Shown: positions 37,501 to 49,500 of the stretch, piece after piece
Position numbering within the stretch: position 1 is the stretch's first letter
Layout of the letters: every line of letters begins with the position of its first letter
DNA from: Phoronis australis
Taxonomy: Eukaryota; Animalia; Phoronida
Direction of reading: 5' to 3'
DNA: 64,000 nucleotides
Assembly (NCBI GenBank): GCA_002633005.1
Contig: NMRA01000008.1
Location: forward strand, 1,131,974-1,195,973
Made by a program: the position numbers and the translations under genes
Notes under the pieces: generated by a model
What the model was told of the DNA's origin: nothing
What the model saw: only the letters and a program-made list of their open reading frames with translations
Database searches by the model: none

Positions 37501-40500
37501 GACTAGCCGAGACCAGTGTCAGCCACATGACGACCACGGCAACCACTGCAAATATTCAGTAAACAAGACTGTTTGACTTGTTGGACAGAATAATTTCAAT
37601 ATTCATACAATGGATTTGAAATGCAATGATGGTAGAAAAGTTAGGTGTCTGTTCAATTTTTCGTCTTCAATATTTTCATCTTTCACGTTGACATTTTGAA
37701 AATTTTATTGAAATTAAGTACTCAACATTTTCAAATTTATCATGTTAAAAGTCTTTGCCTACCATATTGTGGACAAGTAAAATTTAGCAAGTTTGTCAAA
37801 TTTCTGAACAAAAATAACGTTTGAGTCTCCTGCTAGTGCAGTTTTGTAGGCCATATTATTTGTAGCTACCGTAATAAACCTTTTTCACCAAATGCAGAAT
37901 TTTCAGCATATACATGAGGCCTTGAAAGTTCAACAACAGGATATTAACCAAAATTATAGATGAAGGTAATGTGCTGGCTTAAAATAAAACATATCGAAAG
38001 TTGCTTACTGCAAAATTAAGTGAGGAAACAGTAAAATGCTGGGCGTAACAATCATGAATTACTGATAGAGCAATCTTAGAGCATCTAACTTTGTAAGCAA
38101 GTATTAAATGAACAAAACACTGCACGTACCTCTCATCTTCATGTTGATAACCATTTCTATGATCAAGGTAATCTTCAAATCTTCCAAGGTTCAATTCGTT
38201 ATGAGAAATCATGATAGTTCGCGCCATTTTTATTCACTCGCAACAGAAATAGTGGGAAATCGGACCAACGCACACTGAGAGTGCCAGTCAGACTGAAATT
38301 CCCTCAGCTATTATGCAAGCACTCCCACTCACAAAGGTACACAATAGTCAGTGCTTATTTCATATTTTTAGCACTAATAATTTAATATTTCATCAAAAAC
38401 ATTACAGGACCATAGCTTAACTGTTAACGAGATAAAGAATGAGTTCTCATAACAAAATACAATAAAAGCAAAAATTAAAAAATGGTAGTTTAATCTGGAT
38501 TGAAAAGTATGTCTCATCATTTCTAAAATTAAGTTTCCCATATCAAGTAATATACATGAACATTTGGGGGGGCCTACACTGAACATGTATTTCCTGTAGG
38601 CGCGTTTTTCATTCATGAACTGCAACCCTTGGAATCCTTCAGATGACAGTGTTTCGAAGAAAAGCAAAATCCACTACATTACTAGTACTTTCATAGACAG
38701 CAGAGATTTTGGAGAAATTAAACCACAGCTTGGACAATAGGCACTACAAAGCAATTCTACACTATGGCATACAACTGATTGTTTACAACAGAGGCCACTA
38801 TTTACTCAGGATACAAAGAAGTTGACATAAATAGCTCCCATAACATTAACACAGTACTATGTGCATGTAATGACTGGGAGGTGAGTGAGGTTAGGACACA
38901 GGCAACACCTGAATGAGAACAAAGGAAGGAGTGTATAAACTGATTACAGTCTCAATAAACAAACACCTGAGGCATAGGTCCTGAAGCATGGGGATGAAAG
39001 TAATTCCCCAGCTTTGATTTCGGTAAAGTGCAAAGGCAAAGGGGTGACTTAATATAAATTTAAGTGATAAAGTTTATCTGAAACCTTTGGAATGGTTAAA
39101 GCTTCAGAAATCTTTTTAAATGCTTAAGAAATCTTTTTTGCAATGGTGTAAGTCACTGAAAGTTAATTTCTCAATGATAACTTTTAACTTTACCCATACT
39201 ATCAATGCCATTAATCGTAATTACGGTACATGTTCTTAACTTCATCTAAACATGTACAGAAATTTTTAAAATTTTAAAGTTTAGTCTTGTTATGTGCGAC
39301 TAAACGTCACCTTTCTTAAGTTAAACTCCTTGAATGTACAACTGAACAAACATGTTATTTGTGTTGTCACTAACTCAACGACAGTACTAATACAATCACT
39401 AGTTTGATAGTTCTCATAATTAGTATCGGTACTAATCTTAATATTGTTTACATTGACACACAGGTCTAATTTTAAGAGCTTCCCAATATTGAACTGTTAA
39501 AACAAAAATGCAAATCAAAAAACGATGGATTTGCGATAACAAATATTCAGACATGAATGTCAAGCAACTTAATTTGGATTATACCTGTTAACTCATATCC
39601 TCTAACTGTGCTGCATTAAAACTACACATAATATCTTTGGAAGAACAGCACAATTACTAATACATTAATCTTAACAACAAATTTACTGTGCATTCTGACT
39701 GCACCTTGCCTGACCATGCCAGCTTCTTTTTATTTCTGGATAACACGTTACCTTCAGAAGCTCAAAACAATTAAGTGATTTAACCAATTAACAGGCTTCG
39801 TTAAGATTTGCTAGACAAATTTCAGGGAATTTTTTGGCAAATCAGTTTTCATAAATTTTGGTTTAAAACATTCCAGCATGTTGGTAATTTAACAGGACTA
39901 ATGTGCTCAGTAAATTTATTTTTACACCAATTAGTTCATTATGAGAAGACTCAAATAAACCAACAAAAAATGGATATTAACTTTTGAAAATTGCTTTAAG
40001 TTTCACAGACTACCATCAGCTTTCCAAAAGTTTCCACAGGCGTCACACCCCTTCCTGCGAGTGACTTACCTGCACCTTCCCAGCATGTGACAAACGCTAC
40101 CTGCCCAGATTTTTCTAAGAAAAAAGCGACATGCAGCCACATGTAATATATTGGTGATGCACTGAATGTCGGTCACAGTATATTCATGTCACAGTATATT
40201 CATGCGTAAAACCTCATTCATACAATCTCCTTTGCAGGAAAATGGGGAATCCAAATATTGCTTTCAGCAAAGAAGACTTTTAGCAAAAGTGAATTGTTTC
40301 ACTTAAGCTAAGTCACAGCGATTCCTTAAGTTTCTGAAGCCATACGGTATGACAATTTACATTTCAAATGTAAATGTTAGTTATATCCATCAGTTGTTTG
40401 TGTCAGTGCTGAGATAAACATGGCAGGAATTAATTACAAAACTAACAAATTTCAGATAGCTAGCGAGGTATGAATTATAAGCAATGAGACCGGTAGAGGC

Positions 40501-43500
40501 ACAACAACATTGCGTAATGTCGCTTTCCAAACACCAACACTGCAACTCCTCTGTTTTGCAGAGTTTTAGTGAGTGGGAAAGCGACTCCAAGAATCAAACA
40601 GCCACAATATTAACTCCTTTCAAAATTAGTTGATTACTGAGAAGTTGCGCAACTCCTTAGAATGGGAAAGGTTGAATAAATTCACTTCCCATCAGACAAA
40701 TCGCTAGAGGCCGCCACATGCAACACACACACATTCAATCTTTCATGCAAATAAACTATGCCATCTGGTGGTCAATCTAAAAAAAACAAGTGGTAATTCT
40801 GATGTTGCTACCAGAGGGTAAATGGCAAGGAAAGTTACCCTGGAGTTTGAAGATGTCAAATTTTCAATAATGGGAAAGTAGCATAAACGAACATTTCAAA
40901 ATAACAAGAGCTGAACCAACAAATAACGTCCTGTACAAGAAGAACATTTTTAGTTGATTTGTAATATCAAAAAGATACAAAATTGTTCAGTTAAAAGCAC
41001 CTTGCTGCGAAAAATGGAATTTTACACCATAAAATTTCTCTTCAAATATGAATAATAAGAAAGTTTAACTATATTTTTGCCATGTATGAATTTTCCTGCA
41101 TAGCTGTCATCAAACAAGATATCAGATGGCAACTTTTGGGCAATAGCAGCAGCATACTATTAGTAGTATACAGAAAACAGAAAAACAGCAAGTTGAATTA
41201 TTGAGTTTATCCCAAATTGAAGAAATTTAACTGGATGATTTTAGAGCGCCTATTAAAGCAACATTTAACAGGCATGAACTAAATCTTTGTTACTGTAACC
41301 ATGGTAGCACATTGTAAAATGTTTTGCTGCCTAGCAATGCCAACTCTTGTTTATAGAACATGTTAGCCTCTTTCACACTTAAATGCAAATTGAAGTAGTC
41401 ACACAAATGGAAGTAATACTCTAAAGAGGCAATGTAATATTCACAATTCAGCTTTTGTTTTCTGTCAGTTTTTGCACCAATTGTTAGGGGCTCATAAAAC
41501 AACTCGAAAAGCAACGGGCAACGATTTGATTTTGACACTTTCCCGAACGAATATGTTGATCAAAATGATATTTCTAACACTGATAACAATATAGCAAAAA
41601 TACAGCAACAATGATAATAAATTAATGACATCATCAATAATAGTAATGGTAATAATAATAATGAGAATGATAATAGCAATAACAATAATGTCAGTTTTTA
41701 TGAAACTAAGTGATTGACAGTTTGTATTAAAAACTGTTGGCTTGCAAAAGCCAAAAATAGAAAACATGATAAACGGGAAAGGCGAAAGGAAAGTGGCCTA
41801 CACAATACAATACCCTCATTCAATACCTTTACTAACTGACATTCAACATTCTGTGTTTACTCACAGGCCACTGCACTGGACAATTCACTAACTCAGTATT
41901 GTCAGGAGAAACCTAACAGGTCATTGCACATTCATTAAAGGTATCAACAATAGGTAACATTAAAAGTAAGTTCATTTTCACAAGTGAGAGAAACTTGTTT
42001 AAAGGATTCCTGTGTATAGTATTAACTTGCTCTAGAACTTTTCAAAAATGCTAACCCAGGAATAATAACCATAATGGCCATTTTCACAAGAATATATTAA
42101 AGCCCTTTCCCAAACTGTTAATCACTCCAACTATCTAAGCTTCGATGCTAAGTGTGGTTAACCCTGAAGTTAAGTGTTAGTATTCCCATAAGCTCTGGAT
42201 TTAGTCAGAAAAGTAGCTCGGCGAAGTTATTGCGAGGTGACACTGATATAACCTTTTTTTTAAATGTTTAATTACGAAATCTTCAAAATACAATGAACAT
42301 ACATAACCCAGAAAGCGCCAAGAGGCATTAGATCTGGGTATAACCTTTGGTCGCATGCCTTGATGTTTTTCGTCCTTGTCATTAAAAATGGCAAGGACCT
42401 ATCCGTCTCCCCAAATGGAAACTAGAACATCAAATTCACATGGCAGCTCACAGTTGCCACGTGTGGATGATGACGATGCAGTAGATGACATACTAAAAAA
42501 ATAACTCTTGAGTAGGTGAACAGCAGATCTGAACAAGGACAGTATGACAGGAGCTTGTTTTCATACACCATATGTTCAGAGATTTTTTTTAATGTAAAGA
42601 ACCCAACAAATACATGGATAACTTGAAACAGAATGCTTCTACTGCCAAAATAAAACAAAATATTAACAAGTATTAACCAGTCACTGCCTACTGTTGGCAA
42701 ACGCAGGCAGTGACTCCTGTTGATAAATCCGATGGCATCGAAGTTAAGTGTTCCCATAGCACTGTTCCCTTCCGATTCCAGACTGACTAATCCCATAATT
42801 CAAACATGAGACTCCTTCCACATGGAATTTCTCATCAAGGTCAAATTCAAAGAGAAAGTATACAAATATGGCCCAATCCCGTGGGTTATATCAGGTCATA
42901 TGGACAGAGGAAGAGTAGCAATGTTCAAGGCCAAGGGGAGAGCAATATTGCTCTCCCGAGGTCCATATGACCTGATATGCCTGAGAAAATTCTCACTATA
43001 TATTTGTTTCATTACACGACCACTGATGCTTCTTTCCTTAGACTTTTGTCTTTTACCTTTTTCTTTTCTGCTTTGATATACTGACATCGTCTGCTTACTT
43101 TGTGGTCAGGGCTTATGATTTCTACAGCGTGTAATTGGTCAATGCACAAATAGCAACATCTGACCACTTAGCAGTATGAATGAAAAGTGATATTCGATGG
43201 ATACATTGGTCAATATTACGCAATACAGAATGCAATTGAGCCAATTAGAGAACAGAAGTACCAGTGGTTGGATAAGAAAAACAAAATGTCTTTCTTACCT
43301 GTTGATTGATAGGTTCAAAGCGGTCAGCCAGTAGTTCTGCACCGTTGTCATTGTACTGGAAGCAGTTTCTGTGCGGGACGCTCATGTGACGGCAACCCCA
43401 AATATTACCTTGTTGTTTTTGACGAGTTAAGTGCAATATTGCCTGCAAATACACAATGAAGAGTTATACCAGTGCACTCTGTCAAAGTTTTTAAGGTACC

Positions 43501-46500
43501 TTGACAATTTTGTTAGGAGACTGACTCCGTGACTTGCTCACAATTTACAGCATAGCACGTGGATTAGAATAGTTTTCCGTGATCAGGTGACACCAAAAGA
43601 GCCATATTCAGAGTACGCAAAATGCATATCTCATGAGATGTAAGCAAACCAACGCACACCCTGTGCACATGGTATGACTTTAGCCATGCCTGGCAGAAAC
43701 CATCAAACACTGTGGAAAGCGGTCACAGCAGGATTTCAATGGGTAGTGTGGCCAATGCATTATGAACTCAGGACGTGCACAAAATGGAACAACTGTTGAG
43801 AGCCAATTACATGTAGCCAATGCTGCATCGTTTGTGGACAACTTTAAGATACCATGACCCTGCAACACAGCTGAATTATACAGCTTCCTTAACATGAGAG
43901 CTTAAATAACTTGAAGAAAGAGAAAACAGTCACTGTGGCTGTTGATTTCAACATCTCCTTGTGATGAGTAAAATGAAATAGTGCATTTTATGAATATGTC
44001 AATCTCAATACGGCATGAAAATATGTTGCAAACATTTTAAGTCTGGTCAGCATGCCATCTCTTGGCCAACAGATGGCGTGCTGAACTTAAAATGCTTGCA
44101 ACAATATTGCATGCATGCAAATACAGAAGGTTGACTCACCACAAAGTTTTTCAGTAAAACACAGTAGTCGTAACTAATATGCTACCCACCGTCTGTGGAA
44201 CACAACTTGATTTACCTCACTTACCATATGACAATATAGATCTCAGCTGATAATTTCTGGGCTTAGGAATAAATGGAAGGTTTGCTGTTTTTATGTGCAA
44301 GCATCAACATGGCTGAAAACAAACTGGTTCCGTGACCGAATACTAGAAGAAGTAACCAGTCGGCACACAGGCACATCAGAAAGTGACTCTCTTCTATGCC
44401 ACGCTTTTGCGCACCAAGCAAAGGCAATACTGACTGAAAATACTAAATCTGAATACTGAGAGGTTACACTAAACTTACCTCCTCTCCCAGAAGCCTCAGT
44501 GCGTCTTCCTTCAACATGGCACAGATATCCATACACAACATGTTGTCGGCGTAGATACATAGCACCGAGTCCATAGTCTGCAGAAGGGGTAGAACGTTAA
44601 ATGAATTAAAAGCTTCAACCACATCACTCCTATAGCAGCACAATCTATACACCTCATATCAATCAGTTAGTGCACACCAGCTGATGTGTTGATATTCCCA
44701 ACTACACTTTGAGACAGCGCAATCAGGCAAACTGTAGAAACATTTGGTACAAGAAAGGAAGAATGATTTGACTTAATTTTATTTAGCACACAAAAGAGAA
44801 CAAACTAAAGCAGTTGACGCCTGTGGTAAACCTGGATACTAATTGTCTTTTCATACGTTTGTATGAGCAAGTGGACAGTACAACTTCAAAAGTTTAAAGA
44901 CCCTATGACAAAGCAAACTTCACTTTCTGTGTTCTCTATATCGCGAATTACAAAGAAAACTATATAAAGAGGACAGCAACTTGGATTCCACTTTTCTGAA
45001 ATTTTCTGATGTAGATAAACTTGTTTTTTAATCATTAATTTGTCGACGAAGCTTTCTGTTTTTGTTCAAGAAGCATTAACGTAAACTACTATGTAAACAG
45101 TGACTTGTAAATGAATGGTTTGTTTAAATTCAAGCACGTCACATTAATAAACAAAATTAATATACTGTTGCTACTACTTCCAGAGCTGCAAAATAACATT
45201 CATTCACGGGATGAAGCTACAAAGGAAACATCTGGCTATGCCTCAACACTGCATCGCTGAGCTTTGCTACCCTTACAATAACATTTTGAGGGCTACATCG
45301 ACAGGTCAAAAATACCGTAAGACAAGACTGAATTGGTTTCTTAAGTCGAAAATAACACTCATTAGTTAAATTACAACCGCAGCTTAACCACTGAAAACAA
45401 GAAGTGAAAACTTGGAAAATTAAATAGAAAACAATCCATACTCGTCAGTGCGCAAAGCGAGATGTCCCAAGGTAATAGTTATATTACCAAAACAGCATGC
45501 ACTAGTAATATACAAGGATGAGTTCCGCATGAGTTTCTTGCGAGTTTGGCAAGATCACATAAAACTTGACACACAAGTGATAAGTTAGTAGTGGTGAGTG
45601 AATGTGAACTAGCAAAATGGCCGCCAATAAACTGAATGGTTGGGAGACCGTAACGTTGAATTATGGGAGAAAAGTAACGATTTCCATCTCAAAACCCAAG
45701 ATTTTTCGCCACAAGTTTCTCATCAGTGCAACAATAAGTAGATATCAATAATACAATACCTGAATAACTTTAGAGTAAATGTCCCTTCTAGCCACAGCCA
45801 TATCATGAACGTCCCACTGCAGCAACACTGGTTGAGCAGCAGTACGAGTTGACCACTGACCACTTCTGTTCCCTGCGTGAGGGGAGGGGGTCTTAGGGGA
45901 CAACGTGCGACTCGACTGGGAACTTGGGCTTACAGATGCTTGTAACTGACCTTCAATACGGAGGTGATGAATACATTAAACATCAGTGACGGATTTAGGT
46001 GGGGGGGGGGGGCAAGGGGGCCATGGCACCCCTAAAATTCTCCCAGATACCATTTGGCAGTTCGGGGTGTGAATTGCTGAATAGCATATGTGCGTATCCA
46101 GGGGGGCTCGGGAGGCGAATGCACAATGCATAGGCCTTGAAACCTTGAACAAACCCCGCTTGGATTTTTTTTAGTAATAAGATCCGCAAACCCAAAAACT
46201 GGAGACCTCTGCATCCCTACATTTTAGGTTGGGTGTGCGCATGTGCCGAAATTCTAGTTATTCCTGTGCCATAGCCCACCTAACTCAAAATCCTGGATCC
46301 ATCCCTGAATATATCACACAAATTGGCTGTAGCTCCTTATTCCTAAACACTGTCACTATTTGGAATACAGTCCAGAGAAAGAACAATCAAGTCAAGGTCA
46401 AAGAAAGGTCAGATAAGTAAGTTTATATGACCGCACGCACTGTCATAAAACCTAACTTCCATAACACTTGATCCAACCCAATGCAGTTAATTTGTTACAA

Positions 46501-49500
46501 ATAAATAGAGAAGTTTAACGTGAAACAACGCATAACTACAAAATCAGAAAAAGGTTCAATAGCTCAGTCACTGCATGTTTCTCCCATTAGCATAGGAGGT
46601 AGGATTAAATCTTAATCACAAATAGACCTACACATGGTAAACACATTAATTTTTGATCTTGCAAAACACCAACAAGAGCCAGTAAACAGGTGGCGAGACT
46701 GTCTCATCCATGAGTCAGCTCACCTATGACTACTAAAACCGACAATGATTTTGTGAGTCCTTTCAAAAATAGTTTGGCAAATGTAAAAAATTTACGAGAA
46801 AGAGAAGCAGAAGTTATTATAAGCAGGAATGGTTGCTTGACATTGCTTTTGATGGCAGACATTACAAGATAATGACGTGCATTTTCATACAAAAATACTG
46901 CATCCGGATGCATCTGATCGGATCATTAAGTCAGATACTTTGCTAGTGTTGGCTTACCAAGTAAACGCATCAGGGACGCCTTCCACAGACACAAGATTCT
47001 CCCAAAAAGCGAGGCAACACAAAATCAGAGAGCGAGTAAAAGGCAAGTATTTTGTCAGTATGCTCAACAGCTTACAAGCGTATCCGAGCAATATGACAGC
47101 CACAAATTTGATTGGTCGGTGAGGTTGGAATGTTGAATTATGGGATAGAATTCATAGTGTACATTCCAGAAGCGATGATTTCTCAATGCAAGTGCTTCGC
47201 GAGAGTCTTAAATCAACAGGAAGCAGTCAATTCAAAAAGATGAACTAAGTACAACAGTAAGAAATTGCAATATTGCGTATGCATGTCAAATCCCGAAATT
47301 GGGTAATCAACAGATATATCTAGCTTAGATTCAGAGAAACAGTTTGAAATGTATTTACCAAGTTGTTTATCATTATCTTCCATCTTTGTTGGCTCAGGTA
47401 TAGCCTCAGGAGTAGGGCACAATGTTTTACACAAAGTCTCAGCGAACATAGTGAGCCTATGAATCAACACCAGCAGGTCAACAACGGAACTAGAGAATGA
47501 CGAGGACATCATCTCCGAGTCATTTCTTTGAGACGCGGGTGTCCACGATGACGACGAACGGATCGGAACTGGTGACGAATCGGATCGGACTGGGCTCCTG
47601 ACATTTTCAGAAGCCATGAGTTTACGTGCTGACGGTCTGGACGGTTGTACATACTGTGCCGCATGAGGTTCACCACCGTAGTTTCCTTTGCCAATGGTGG
47701 TTGTAAAGCCAACATGTGGTACGGCAGGAACATCTTGTATGAGAGGTGGACTATCCAGTACCTCTCTGCCATCTGAATCGGCACCACTAAGAAACGATCG
47801 ATGGTTCTGTGACGAGCAAGAGACTTGTCGTAACGGAGGGTAGCACCTCTTGTTGCCATCACGCTCATCACCAGATGGGTCAGACGGGTAATGTTCTGTG
47901 TCGCTAGAGTCGTCCTCACTCTCTAACACAGTCTCACCTTCACTCGCCATAACTGTCTCCTGTGGTGCTTCATTTTCCAGCATTTTTATTGACAATTCAG
48001 GATCTCTGACACATGAATCAACACTATTATTATGCAGCACCTTTTCAGATGTGTCCTCATTTCGATACGGTAGAGTTAGTCCATGGTCCAAATGCCTCAT
48101 GCAGGAGTCACTGACATCACCTTCACTGACGCTGTCAATCACATGCTTTGATGGGACAACTGATGTAGACACCTCTTGAACACCAGTTGTTACCTTTGCG
48201 CCAATACCCAGTGATGCTTGAGTTCCATTGCTCTGTGGAGTTTCGGAACCAAGTTGAGCGTCATCAGGCACCAACTGGTCCGGCACCATGTCACCACTGG
48301 TAACCAAGGACTCAGCATAGCTACTCTCAGTAACACAAACGCCTTCAGTAACACTTTTTTCCTGCACCAAAGTGATATCCAATTCTCCACTCTGGTCAAG
48401 ACAATCGGCTTCTACGTGTTTAGTACTCACATGTGAAGTCTTGCCTGCACCTGCACTTGCACCTACATCCTGCTGAGGGCCATCATGAACCAGCTGGTCA
48501 GGCGTCGAGTCACCAGGGGTAAACAAAGACTCGGAACAGCTAACCTCAGTGACACAACGGTCTTCTGTAATACTTTTTTCCTGAGACACACCAATATCCA
48601 ATTCTCTCTTCCGATCGTGACAATCGTCTTCTACAAGGCCAGCACCCTCAAGGGAGGTCTTGCCCGCACTAGCTCGTGTTGTTAGATACGGAACAATTTC
48701 CGTCCTAGCTTCATTGTAAATCAGCTGGTCATAACATTCTCTCGCATTCCTACCAGTTTGGTTCAGCTCATCGTAGGTTGTGAAAGAATTTCCGCCAAAG
48801 CTACGCAAGCGTCGATGTACAACTTGATGGCTGCGAGTGGCTTGCCTATTATCAAGCAATGGAGTCGACAGGCTGTGCACCATAGCACCTTTTCTGAAAA
48901 GCAGAACCTCTGCATTGCCAGGTGTTATTGGCCTAGGGATGAACTGCTTTAAAAACCCACCAACATCAATGCTACTAGTGGACATTTTAACAGAGGACAC
49001 GCTAAAGTTTGATACAGAGACATGCGACCTGTTTTTCTCACTGGCGCGCAAGTTACCTAGAAAACTCATAGATTTAGTAGAGTCAACGCGGTGCAGCGAT
49101 GCTTGGTGCTCTCTTATAGACGGAAGATGATTGCCTGAGCTACTTGGGGGACAGGATGAAACACGGCGGCGTAGAAACTCCACAGGGGTAATGTTCGTGT
49201 TAACTGCTCCGAATGCACTACTAGAGCCACTTGATAAATCATCGTCTACTAACCCTGCTTGGCTACTAGCCGATGACACTCTAGGGGATGGGACCGGGGT
49301 GAAGACCCCATCCTGTCCTGATGTCTGATTTCCGCTGGACTGCATTCCGCTATCGATAGGCTCAGGAAGAGCACAGGGGTTACTCCCACCATCGTAATGA
49401 ACTAGTGCTTCCACACGGATAACACAACCGTCCTCTGTTTCAGTAGATCCATAACTACGGACATCATCCTGTGTAGTACAAACATCATTACTGTCAACAG

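Noticed and set aside
30607-37545. Treating the exons at 37.5, 34.1, 31.4 and 30.7 kb as host MUN exons
   Set aside because: They carry their own signal peptide and stop codon, and the host exons flanking the intron join in phase into a contiguous MUN motif.
40070-40142. Alternative first exon for the nested gene (MWLHVAFF...EGA, GTAAGT donor, phase 1)
   Set aside because: Phase-compatible but gives a poorer signal peptide than exon 38130-38142, which has a CAACATG context and a basic n-region. Not excluded as a minor isoform.
41492-41767. Ile-rich hydrophobic ORF suggesting a membrane protein
   Set aside because: Translation of an (ATT)n-like microsatellite.
41865-41912. Possible 48-nt phase-0 cassette exon (VSPDNTELVNCPVQWP)
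   Set aside because: Good donor but weak polypyrimidine tract, and it would interrupt a conserved-looking MUN junction.
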